Below, piece by piece: positions 39,858 through 50,319 of a stretch of 64,000 bases of DNA. Position numbers and translations under genes: made by a program. The DNA is from Candidatus Poribacteria bacterium. Lineage in GTDB: Bacteria; Poribacteria; WGA-4E; WGA-3G. The stretch lies in contig OZ240248.1 in NCBI GenBank assembly GCA_965198235.1, positions 2,688,001-2,752,000 of the forward strand, read 5' to 3'. How positions within the stretch are numbered: position 1 is the first letter of the stretch; every line of letters starts with the position of its first letter. Below the pieces are notes generated by a model. The model ran no database searches and was not told where the DNA came from. It saw only the letters and a program-made list of their open reading frames with translations.

Positions 39858-40641
39858 TGCAATGGATATTGTAGAGGTGGGACGGGTTTTCTTTCAATCT
39901 GATAGTGGACCTGATGTAAAAAAAGTAATAGTTCTTACATTAGATAGCCACGTTGAAAATGTCGTCACATTGGTGAAAAATTTTAAAAGAGATTTCTATC
40001 CAGCCTTCAAACAGAGTCAGAAATCGACTCGCGACCTTCTAATACGCGCTGCCGAGAAGCACGACGACGCAAAACCTGAGACCTTTCGCGTAACCTACCG
40101 AAGTTACAAGGAAAACGGACATAAATCTCTCGGTTATTCCTTTGCAGGACACCGCTTTAGAGTTTCCGATCCTGATCGTTATGTTGAACTTCTAATCCGT
40201 CTACATCACGAATTCTCCGTTGAAGGTATTGTCAAAGCACAAGCGGAACTCAAGGCACAAACGGGATCCGCCAATGAAAAGTTTAAAAACTTTCCTTTTG
40301 ATCTTTACATCTTAGAGATGTGTGATCAGATAGAGGCAGAACTTGAGACTTACGCTTTCACAGACGATGTTCAACCGCGGGTTTTTATGGATTTTCACTC
40401 CCGCCAGCGTGAGGATAGAATAATTGAAGTCAGCCCTTATCCATTTGATAGCGAGGATATCCCTCTATCGCTTGCATATTATGAATTCGATGTGTGCGAA
40501 GAACATTGTGGTCAAATATCTAAGGCTTTGATAGAGGATAATCACGGGAAAGGAGTTAACTTTCTCCGTGAAATGATTGTTAATGCACACAACAAAGCGG
40601 AATGTCAACGAAAGGAGATGATTCTATGCAAAGCGCAATAG
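39850..40641 (+). CDS. Stand-alone Cas3'' HD nuclease
   Basis: Ordered metal-ligand set: SH-V..V, KHDDAK, GHRF, LHHE, MCDQ; own RBS. Confidence 0.75.
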   Translation: MVNAMDIVEVGRVFFQSDSGPDVKKVIVLTLDSHVENVVTLVKNFKRDFYPAFKQSQKSTRDLLIRAAEKHDDAKPETFRVTYRSYKENGHKSLGYSFAGHRFRVSDPDRYVELLIRLHHEFSVEGIVKAQAELKAQTGSANEKFKNFPFDLYILEMCDQIEAELETYAFTDDVQPRVFMDFHSRQREDRIIEVSPYPFDSEDIPLSLAYYEFDVCEEHCGQISKALIEDNHGKGVNFLREMIVNAHNKAECQRKEMILCKAQ

Positions 40642-42413
40642 AGGCTTATCAAAATCTTGCAAAATTCAAGCCAAATCCGATGCAAGAAGAACTTTTCTCT
40701 CGCATCGCAAACGAATATCTGAATCCTGCGCTTCTGCTCAAAGCACCCACAGGGAGCGGGAAAACGGAGGCGGTTCTCATTCCGAGCCTTAACGCCGAAC
40801 GTAGGCTTTTCCTCATTTTTCCTTCACACAGCCTCGTTGATGATCAGATTGAGCGGTGTGAAAAGTATCTCCAGTGTGCCTCCGAAAAAACAGGCAGGTC
40901 TTATGCCCTTGTAATTGACACCGGCGCGGAATCTGTTCGCACTGTTTTTAAGGATGGCGAAGCATTAGAAAAAGGGAGACGTCATCTCTACGATGGCGAT
41001 GTAATTCTCACAACATTTGACAAATTCCTGTACCGATTTTTCGGGTTTGGTGAACCTAAAAAATCTTATATTTTCCCCTTCCGTATTCACCATAGCCAAC
41101 GTCGAAATCTTTTCTGTTTTGATGAAGTACATGCTTACGATCAAGTTGCGTTTGTCAATTTTCAACGTCTTGTCAAAGCACTCTACACAGCAAATCTGGA
41201 TATGGTTGTTATGACAGCAACAATGCCTGACACCTACCAGAAGGAGTTAAATTTCTTGGATAGGGTTGATTACATTACAGGGGAAAATCAACTGAAACTG
41301 GAAAGGTGGCAGGAAAAAGAACAAAATCGACAGTATCCCGATAAGAAAATTAAACATATTGCTGCAAAGCCAAAAGAGGTTAGAAACGAAATCTGTGCCT
41401 ATGTATCTCAGCAGTATGAGTCAAGTAAGCGGACTATTGTCACCATTGAAACGATTGAGAACCTCATTCCGGTTTACCAGTATATGAAAGAGCGGAATCG
41501 CGGGGAGAACATTTTTCTTTACCACGGTCGGCTTACCAATCCACAACGCAAGAAAATTTATTGTAAACTAAAGGAGCGTGAAAACAACGATAAAGGGTAC
41601 TTGCTTTTCACAACGAGCGCTATTGAGGTGGGATGTGACCTTGACGCACATCTGCTTATCACGGAATTGTGCAATCCTGATTCGCTCATCCAACGTGCAG
41701 GAAGGTGCAATCGCAAGGGGCAGATTCCTAACGCTGAAATCGTCATTGTAGGTAACAAAATTCCCTCTTTTCTCTCTATCCTTTCTAAGGAGAAAACAGA
41801 AAAATATCTTGAGAAATTGCAGCAGCAGAGTGGAGGCAACTTCAACCCGGACGACATCCTTGTACTCATGAAATACGCGCCACACTCCGACTATAGAGCG
41901 GAAGTGCTCTTTGACATGTTATATGAATACGTCTACGAAGCCCGATTGGAGAACAAACCTTTGCACGATAGAGGGCTTGTGATTACACGGAGTTTTGAAC
42001 CCTCACTAACCCTCACAACCAAAGTGCTACAGGAGTCTGATAACCACCGACCGGAAAATGCTGTAAGTGTCTCTATTCAAAGTTGCATCACTAAGGGTGG
42101 AGAAGGTGAGTCTGTTAATCAAGATTTTAAGGTATACCAGCGATTTTATGATGAGCATCGCGAGGAATTCAAATTTGTTCAGCTTAATAGGGGCGGAAGT
42201 ATTTATTTTAAAGAACTCTTTGTTGAGGTGCCTGAATGTTACTTTTCTGAAGAGTTAGGCTATGTTGAACCGCCCAAAGTGTTTGAAGACCGCAGCACTC
42301 GGGGGTACCGGCGGAATTTTGTTTATCACAGAACTGAAGATGGCAAGCCTAAAGATATCTGGTTACACTATTTGAAAGATTTAGAGAAACCTCAGTCTGA
42401 AGATGAAGCCTAA
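40626..42413 (+). CDS. cas3: Cas3' helicase (no HD domain)
   Basis: APTGSGKT, DEVH, MTAT, YHGR, EVG.D, QRAGRCNR; AAGGAG RBS before 40626. Confidence 0.9.
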   Translation: MQSAIEAYQNLAKFKPNPMQEELFSRIANEYLNPALLLKAPTGSGKTEAVLIPSLNAERRLFLIFPSHSLVDDQIERCEKYLQCASEKTGRSYALVIDTGAESVRTVFKDGEALEKGRRHLYDGDVILTTFDKFLYRFFGFGEPKKSYIFPFRIHHSQRRNLFCFDEVHAYDQVAFVNFQRLVKALYTANLDMVVMTATMPDTYQKELNFLDRVDYITGENQLKLERWQEKEQNRQYPDKKIKHIAAKPKEVRNEICAYVSQQYESSKRTIVTIETIENLIPVYQYMKERNRGENIFLYHGRLTNPQRKKIYCKLKERENNDKGYLLFTTSAIEVGCDLDAHLLITELCNPDSLIQRAGRCNRKGQIPNAEIVIVGNKIPSFLSILSKEKTEKYLEKLQQQSGGNFNPDDILVLMKYAPHSDYRAEVLFDMLYEYVYEARLENKPLHDRGLVITRSFEPSLTLTTKVLQESDNHRPENAVSVSIQSCITKGGEGESVNQDFKVYQRFYDEHREEFKFVQLNRGGSIYFKELFVEVPECYFSEELGYVEPPKVFEDRSTRGYRRNFVYHRTEDGKPKDIWLHYLKDLEKPQSEDEA

Positions 42414-42530
42414 CTCCCACCCTCGGAACCGCTTGAAACAGAAAACCGTAAAACGGCGGAATCAGTCCTTTCGCCTCCAGAAGAGGGTGAACAGTTGAGC
42501 CTATTTGAGCATTGATTAAGGAGACCATCC

Positions 42531-43361
42531 ATGCCCATCAGCACACTCATCTCACTCATACCGGAAACCGATGTAACACTCCGCCCAACGATGGGACACC
42601 ATGCACACGCCGCGTTTCTCGCGATCATTCGGAAAAGCGACCCGAACCTCGCAAAAACGCTCCACGCACAATCGGCGCAAAAACCGTTTACGGTTTCACC
42701 ACTCATCGCAGCCGCAAAAAAGCGCGATAATCAGCTGCACATCATGGCAGGCACCGAGTGCAAACTCCGATTCACGTTTCTTGAGGATACGCTCTTTACA
42801 GCCTTCGGGCGCGCTTTTTTAACATTTGAATTGCCCACGATTCGACTCGGAGAAGCGACCTTTCAGGTGAAGCAATGGGTTTCACACGCCACGGAGGAGC
42901 GGAGTTGGAGCGGGAGCGCAACGTACGCAGAACTCATCCAATCCGCAAAAACCGATACACAAATGTCTTTCCGATTCTATTCACCGACAGCCTTTCGACG
43001 GCTGACACCGCGCGGGCAGCAAACCCGTAGCGACGCGTACCCCGATCTCGTGCGCTGCTATCAGAGCTGGGTCAATAAGTGGAATGCCTTCGCACCCATA
43101 AAACTTGACAGAACCGAAATCCTCGCCTTCATTACGGAGTATGGACAGGTGACGAGCATAACAACGAAATCACGAGCACTTAACTTCGGAAAGCATACCG
43201 AGATCGGGTGGGTTGGCACGTATGCGTGTGTCTTCTATCCAGAAGATTCGCTTGACCCCGATCTGCGCCGGGCAGTCAACTGCTTAGCAGCTTTCGCTTT
43301 CTACTGCGGCACCGGCTACAAAACCACCATGGGAATGGGACAGACGAGGCGGGTTGATTGA
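42531..43361 (+). CDS. cas6: CRISPR RNA processing endoribonuclease Cas6
   Basis: KPFTVSPL, F.SPTAFR, G-loop CGTGYKTTMGMGQ. Confidence 0.92.
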   Translation: MPISTLISLIPETDVTLRPTMGHHAHAAFLAIIRKSDPNLAKTLHAQSAQKPFTVSPLIAAAKKRDNQLHIMAGTECKLRFTFLEDTLFTAFGRAFLTFELPTIRLGEATFQVKQWVSHATEERSWSGSATYAELIQSAKTDTQMSFRFYSPTAFRRLTPRGQQTRSDAYPDLVRCYQSWVNKWNAFAPIKLDRTEILAFITEYGQVTSITTKSRALNFGKHTEIGWVGTYACVFYPEDSLDPDLRRAVNCLAAFAFYCGTGYKTTMGMGQTRRVD

Positions 43362-43381
43362 GACTGAAGGAGCACTGAACG

Positions 43382-45019
43382 ATGTCAGAAACCTATATAC
43401 CACTTTCACAGATAAACACTTACGTCTTCTGTCCTCGGCGATTCTACTATGAATCTGTTGAAGGGCATCAGGTCGTTAATGACCACATCGAAGAAGGCAA
43501 AATCAAGCACGAACATGTCCATACAGCAGTGACAGACCGGAAAAAAGGAGATAAGACTATCTCTCGACGGCAATACCTTGCTTCGGATACACTCGGCGTG
43601 TCTGGCTACACCGACCTCGTTGAGGAGAAAGACGGCATCCCATACCCTGTTGAATTCAAAAAGGCGGGTATGGGGAATTGGCGTAATGATCAGGTTCAAC
43701 TCTGTTTGCAAGGACTCTTACTGGAGGAGAAAACAGGGATTTCAATTCCGCACGGCTATGTCTTTTACATCGGCTCAAAACGGCGGCGGAAGGTTCCGTT
43801 TGACAAGGAACTCCGTGAGGCAACACTCCGGTATGTAGCGGAGGCACACTCGCTACTTGACTCACGTAAAATTCCGAAACCCATTCACGATAATCGATGC
43901 AATGGCTGTAGCGTCCGCCCGATTTGTCTACCTGATGAGATCGCTTATCTCCACGAATTAGATGAGCGACCAAAACGTATCAAACCCGCGCTCGGCATTG
44001 ATAATGTCCTATACATCGATGAACAGGGGTGTGCTATCAAAAAGACCGGAGAACGCATCCTCGTCGTTAAAGAGGACGAAATTCTCCGTGATATTCCATT
44101 AATCCATCTCGGTCAGGTAGTCATCTCTGGCAACGTTAACCTCACCACACCAGCAATGCAAACACTCTTGCACGAAGGGATTCCAGTTGTTTTCCTCTCC
44201 GCCTATGGACGATACCATGGCGCATTGACACCACAAGTGTCTCGGAATTCTCTTTTACGGAGCGCGCAGCATAGAGTTGCAAATAGTCCGGACGCGTGCC
44301 TTGATCTCTCAAAAGCGTTTGTTCATGGGAAATTGGCGAACATGCGGACGATGCTGCAACGTCGGAAATGGCAGGCGACAGACGCTACAGATTCGGCATT
44401 GGAACCTTTGTTGACTAACATTAAAGCGATACAAGCAATGGAAAAGCGTATTGGTAAGTCAACTGAACTTCCAGAGTTATTGGGAATCGAAGGAAACGCT
44501 TCTGCGGCGTATTTTGGAGCATTCGGTTTCATGCTGAAAGAGGAAATGGGTTTTGATTTCCAGCGGCGGAGTCGGCGTCCACCAGCGGATGCGACGAACG
44601 CACTACTGAGTTTCGCTTATTCATTACTGACAGCCGATCTCATGTCTGCAATCCAGACGGTCGGGTTAGACCCTTATGTCGGTTTCTTTCACCAGATCAA
44701 GTATGGTAAACCGTGCCTCGCACTTGATTTGATGGAGGAATTCCGTCCCATTATTGCGGATTCAGTTGTGATTACACTCATCAACAACCGCCGTATCAAG
44801 CCTACAGATTTCACGCAATCCCACGGGGGCTGGTATCTAAAGGAGAATTGTCGGAAAGTGTTTTACGCCGCATACGAGACGCGGAAAAATGAGACCATTA
44901 CACACCCTGTTTTTAAATATAAGCTCACATTTCGCCGGGCAATGGAATTACAGGTACGCTTGCTGGCGAAATATCTCACAGGCGAAATTGAACAGTATAC
45001 ACCGTTGACGGTTCGGTAG
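43382..45019 (+). CDS. cas1: Cas4-Cas1 fusion
   Basis: Cas4: CPRR, D.VE...PVEFK, QLC.Q, CNGCS...IC; Cas1: GIEG, NALLSFAY, GFFH, LALDLMEEFRP..AD. Confidence 0.93.
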   Translation: MSETYIPLSQINTYVFCPRRFYYESVEGHQVVNDHIEEGKIKHEHVHTAVTDRKKGDKTISRRQYLASDTLGVSGYTDLVEEKDGIPYPVEFKKAGMGNWRNDQVQLCLQGLLLEEKTGISIPHGYVFYIGSKRRRKVPFDKELREATLRYVAEAHSLLDSRKIPKPIHDNRCNGCSVRPICLPDEIAYLHELDERPKRIKPALGIDNVLYIDEQGCAIKKTGERILVVKEDEILRDIPLIHLGQVVISGNVNLTTPAMQTLLHEGIPVVFLSAYGRYHGALTPQVSRNSLLRSAQHRVANSPDACLDLSKAFVHGKLANMRTMLQRRKWQATDATDSALEPLLTNIKAIQAMEKRIGKSTELPELLGIEGNASAAYFGAFGFMLKEEMGFDFQRRSRRPPADATNALLSFAYSLLTADLMSAIQTVGLDPYVGFFHQIKYGKPCLALDLMEEFRPIIADSVVITLINNRRIKPTDFTQSHGGWYLKENCRKVFYAAYETRKNETITHPVFKYKLTFRRAMELQVRLLAKYLTGEIEQYTPLTVR

Positions 45020-45044
45020 AATTATGGTGAATTATAAAAATAAT

Positions 45045-45243
45045 AGGACTTACGCATTCTCTCTTAAAGTCCCCCTGATAAGGGGCGGGGAATGCCATAC
45101 GGGGAATGCCATACGGCATTCATACCGTTGATTCGCATTCATACCCGGGGAAGCCCACATGGGCTTCATACCGTTGATTCTGATTCTTTAGGGGGTTAAA
45201 TACAACGAAATATGCCCTTTTCTGTTCAATTTGCGTAAGTCCT
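45045..45243. mobile_element. MITE-like element between cas1 and cas2 carrying nested 35-nt micro-element C
   Basis: AGGACTTACGCA...TGCGTAAGTCCT TIRs; three copies of CGGGGAA...ATACCGTTGATTC at 45086-45186. Confidence 0.65.
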
Positions 45244-45415
45244 GAAATAAATAGACACTTCAGCGAACGATGGATGAGAATGCGTCCTTGCGCCCCTGTC
45301 TCTCCTCCCTTCTACCCTTCCGTTGGATGAGAGTATACGGGCGTAGAGAAGCATATTCTCTTTCATCCTTGTCACTATGTGAATTTCAGGAAGGAAAATT
45401 AATGAGGAATCACTA

Positions 45416-45688
45416 ATGCATTACACAGTTGCTTACGATATTACAAATGACAAACGACGGAATAGGGTTGCTAAAATACTGAAGGATTTTGGGACCCGCA
45501 TCCAATATAGTGTTTTTGAATGTGACACGGATCGGCGCGCACTACTACGCTTGCAGGACCGATTGAAAAAGACAATCAATTTGGGAGAGGATACAATCAC
45601 CTTCTACCATCTCTGTGCGGCGTGTGAAAAACAGATTGACCGGATAGGCATAAAAAAAGGGCTTGACAAACAGTCGTATATCGTGTAG
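45416..45688 (+). CDS. cas2: Cas2
   Basis: VAYDI..DKRR, G.RIQYSVFEC. Confidence 0.95.
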   Translation: MHYTVAYDITNDKRRNRVAKILKDFGTRIQYSVFECDTDRRALLRLQDRLKKTINLGEDTITFYHLCAACEKQIDRIGIKKGLDKQSYIV

Positions 45689-45886
45689 AGTTAGGTATCA
45701 ACAAATTTCTGTGCGCGAAAGCGGACCGAAAAACCTGTAACCCTCACAGAAAGGCGGGAAACCTTATGATTCGTGCTTTCACGCTTTCCTTAGAATATTT
45801 CTGGCGGCTGGGGTTAGGACAAAATACCTCGCTCGCGGAAATACCCATAATTGAGGCACGTCTGGTATGGCTTCCGGTGGGGCGGA
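45663..45886 (+). promoter_or_regulatory. CRISPR leader with promoter
   Basis: TTGACA-17-TAGAGT overlapping the cas2 3' end; non-coding up to repeat 1. Confidence 0.7.
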
Positions 45887-48800
45887 CTTGAAACGAAAAG
45901 CATCTCGATTACGAGATTGAAACATGTTCTGGTCAATTGCCCATCGTAGCGAAACCCGTAAGGACTTGAAACGAAAAGCATCTCGATTACGAGATTGAAA
46001 CTGAAAAAGGATTCTGTACTCTTAATTCTGGAGAGAAATCGCTTGAAACGAAAAGCATCTCGATTACGAGATTGAAACTAAGTTTAAGTGCCTTCTGCCA
46101 ACCGGGGAATTGGCTTGAAACGAAAAGCATCTCGATTACGAGATTGAAACCTTCATGGGACATGTGATGCATATAGTGACGTATGTGCTTGAAACGAAAA
46201 GCATCTCGATTACGAGATTGAAACAAAAGCATAATCAAAAGTATCATAAGGAAACGGAATTTTCTTGAAACGAAAAGCATCTCGATTACGAGATTGAAAC
46301 AAGATGTGATGTTGATTCAAATAGACGAATTTCCCTATGCTTGAAACGAAAAGCATCTCGATTACGAGATTGAAACATGTGTATCCTACAGCACCACCAT
46401 AAGGAGTAGGTAGACTTGAAACGAAAAGCATCTCGATTACGAGATTGAAACAAGAAAATATCAAAAAATGGGGCGAGTGCCCAATCTCACTTGAAACGAA
46501 AAGCATCTCGATTACGAGATTGAAACAATGAGGTATTCAAGACCGGGTGTTTCTGAGACGATAACCTTGAAACGAAAAGCATCTCGATTACGAGATTGAA
46601 ACGAGACGATAGCAACTCCAGTCAGCGACAACCCGTTAGGCTTGAAACGAAAAGCATCTCGATTACGAGATTGAAACTGAAACCGACTTGTCTGCGTTGC
46701 GGACGTTGAAACCCGCTTCCTTGAAACGAAAAGCATCTCGATTACGAGATTGAAACTAAGAATAACTTCTACGTCAAGACAAATACTCAGTTCCTTGAAA
46801 CGAAAAGCATCTCGATTACGAGATTGAAACAAGATGATATGAGTATTCGCCGGAAATTGCGGGCGGGCTTGAAACGAAAAGCATCTCGATTACGAGATTG
46901 AAACAATATCATATTTCTGATGATACAATCGTCATCAGAAAACTTGAAACGAAAAGCATCTCGATTACGAGATTGAAACAGGGTACTGAACGCAGTGTCC
47001 GACTTCGCTTCGTATTCTTGAAACGAAAAGCATCTCGATTACGAGATTGAAACCCATATACTTCTATGTCGCTGAAATTGGCATTGCGATCTATACCTTG
47101 AAACGAAAAGCATCTCGATTACGAGATTGAAACGAAGGATTAGGACGGGTAGGGGACAGCGTAAATATACGCTTGAAACGAAAAGCATCTCGATTACGAG
47201 ATTGAAACTGAACACTACGTGCCAGCGTCACGATTGACACTAAAGGAGCCTTGAAACGAAAAGCATCTCGATTACGAGATTGAAACTCGATCGTCGTTAT
47301 CCGAAAGCATGCTTGCCGGCGGTTTCTTACTTGAAACGAAAAGCATCTCGATTACGAGATTGAAACATTGGAATGATGCCGCGACGGAGTTGTTGAAATC
47401 TCTTGAAACGAAAAGCATCTCGATTACGAGATTGAAACACCCGTAATGCTTCAATGACCCTATGGGGTCATCCCTACTTGAAACGAAAAGCATCTCGATT
47501 ACGAGATTGAAACTTGATTTTGACTTCAGGTATCGGTTTGGTTCGGATTTCTTGAAACGAAAAGCATCTCGATTACGAGATTGAAACTCTTGCTAACTTC
47601 CCATCATGGGAGCAGTTTTTGCGGACTTGAAACGAAAAGCATCTCGATTACGAGATTGAAACTTGGGAAAAGCAGGCAGCGTTACAGGGGAAGACTTTAC
47701 TTGAAACGAAAAGCATCTCGATTACGAGATTGAAACCTGAATCGGGGATCACTTTATCATCAAAGCCTCTTTTTCTTGAAACGAAAAGCATCTCGATTAC
47801 GAGATTGAAACGAAGCATTTGGAACACTAACGAAATGGGATGCATTGCGCTTGAAACGAAAAGCATCTCGATTACGAGATTGAAACATGCTAATGATACG
47901 ATCATGCTACAACGAAACCAACTTGAAACGAAAAGCATCTCGATTACGAGATTGAAACGATTACTGCTGCGAGGTCTATGTATTGGTTGTTTTTGTCGCT
48001 TGAAACGAAAAGCATCTCGATTACGAGATTGAAACTACAGTCAACTCTATGCGGTAACTCACGCCAAAATCGACTTGAAACGAAAAGCATCTCGATTACG
48101 AGATTGAAACCTCAAGGTATCGCAGGAAGTCGGTGTCGGTGTCAAGCTTGAAACGAAAAGCATCTCGATTACGAGATTGAAACAAAACCGGTAGCGACAT
48201 GGAAGCGGAAGCGGACGAAACTTGAAACGAAAAGCATCTCGATTACGAGATTGAAACTGGTAAGTTACCCGATACGTGTCCAACTGATACGACTCCACTT
48301 GAAACGAAAAGCATCTCGATTACGAGATTGAAACCCCGCGTCAATATCCGCCGCGCTTGCCATGCTGTCCTTGAAACGAAAAGCATCTCGATTACGAGAT
48401 TGAAACAAAAGAAAGAAATAACCTCATCAATGAGATGGCAGACTTGAAACGAAAAGCATCTCGATTACGAGATTGAAACAAACACGGGGAAAAGGCTCTC
48501 CCAGTGGCGGCCGTCTTCTAATCTTGAAACGAAAAGCATCTCGATTACGAGATTGAAACACTATTGAGTTCGGGTCTGAGGGGTGGAATATCATCTCACT
48601 TGAAACGAAAAGCATCTCGATTACGAGATTGAAACTATGGCAAGATTTAGAGATTCAGATAGACCCTTATACGCTTGAAACGAAAAGCATCTCGATTACG
48701 AGATTGAAACGACAGAGCGATAAACTTGATACCTTCCCAAGCGATTTGTCTTGAAACGAAAAGCATCTCGATTACGAGATTGAAACACATCTTCAGTCTG

Positions 48801-50140
48801 CGTCTGTGCAGCGACACTGCCCGTTCTTGAAACGAAAAGCATCTCGATTACGAGATTGAAACCCGGATAGCACCACCGTCGGTATATCAAACTTGCCTAC
48901 TTGAAACGAAAAGCATCTCGATTACGAGATTGAAACGAAATATATGCTGGCGATACGTCTGATAGAATTGCTAACTTGAAACGAAAAGCATCTCGATTAC
49001 GAGATTGAAACGTCAGTTATATCGTCATGATGGGAAAGGTATCTGCTGACCTTGAAACGAAAAGCATCTCGATTACGAGATTGAAACCCGTCAGGTTCTC
49101 AAGTCGTTTCTCAAGAGATACCCCTTGAAACGAAAAGCATCTCGATTACGAGATTGAAACTAAAATAAGCGCGCCCGCAATCATTATCGTTTCTTGTACT
49201 TGAAACGAAAAGCATCTCGATTACGAGATTGAAACCCTTGTGTCCCGCGCCTTCACGCCTCGTTACCCCAGTAATCTTGAAACGAAAAGCATCTCGATTA
49301 CGAGATTGAAACAACCCTAAAGACGAGGGGCTTGATTTCGGACCCCGTGCGCTTGAAACGAAAAGCATCTCGATTACGAGATTGAAACAATTTGCACGCG
49401 AAACCCCAGTGGAGAGTGCCGTCGCTTGAAACGAAAAGCATCTCGATTACGAGATTGAAACACCGCATCTGAAATTAAGCGATCGACGTTTTGCGCGACT
49501 TGAAACGAAAAGCATCTCGATTACGAGATTGAAACCGTCTATCATACTGTTCGCACATTCCAAAACCCCGCAAACTTGAAACGAAAAGCATCTCGATTAC
49601 GAGATTGAAACTGCGGTGATATTCACTTGAACGGCTGAAATCCGTTCAACTTGAAACGAAAAGCATCTCGATTACGAGATTGAAACGCATGAGGAAGGGA
49701 ATGACGAAACGAATCTGTCGGCGCCTTGAAACGAAAAGCATCTCGATTACGAGATTGAAACTCTTTTGGTTGCGAATTGGCAAGAGATAAAGCCATAACC
49801 TTGAAACGAAAAGCATCTCGATTACGAGATTGAAACGATATTGCCAAGCGGGTTCTGATGAATCAGTTAAACTTGAAACGAAAAGCATCTCGATTACGAG
49901 ATTGAAACTCTACCTGTTCAATGAAACCAACAACATTTTCTACAAGGTCGATCCTGACTTGAAACGAAAAGCATCTCGATTACGAGATTGAAACGCTTGT
50001 GACGACCACGGATGGCACGGTTGTTTTGCCTTGAAACGAAAAGCATCTCGATTACGAGATTGAAACCTTACGAAACGGGCACTCGCCAGACTGCATCCAT
50101 GCCTTCTTGAACCAACAAATACTCGATTCCGATATAAAAC
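45887..50140 (+). CRISPR. CRISPR array: 56 identical 37-bp repeats CTTGAAACGAAAAGCATCTCGATTACGAGATTGAAAC plus one degenerate terminal repeat; 56 spacers (35-43 nt, one of 49 nt)
   Basis: Counted by eye; hairpin ATCTCG-ATTA-CGAGAT and ATTGAAAC 3' end; the degenerate copy at 50106-50140 fixes + orientation. Confidence 0.98.
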
Positions 50141-50214
50141 TCACCAATTTTCCAATCTTCTCCCTTCCATCCAACAACATTCGTCCAAAATGCGCGAAAG
50201 AAGTCAAAAAATAT

Positions 50215-50243
50215 TTGCATTCAACCGTTTTTTATGATATACT
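50215..50243 (+). promoter_or_regulatory. Putative sigma70 promoter
   Basis: TTGCAT-17-TATACT with TGn extension. Confidence 0.65.
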
Positions 50244-50319
50244 TAAAATAGTTATACTTAATAGAGTTTGTCTACATAATCGGAAGCGTTATACTTTCCC
50301 TAATAATGGAGGGTAGAAA

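Noticed and set aside
42432-42445. CTTGAAACAGAAAA resembling the CRISPR repeat 5' end (possible mini-array before cas6)
   Set aside because: No hairpin, 3' handle or second repeat; better explained as codons of the Cas3' tail.
47134-47171. Spacer sharing AAGGATTAGGACG with yjjX near 56799 (possible self-targeting)
   Set aside because: Only 13 nt match and the remainder diverges; compatible with chance. No full self-match was seen, although the search was by eye.
45987-49888. Many short ORFs with MLFVS/FQSRNRDAFRFK repeats
   Set aside because: Translations of the CRISPR repeat.
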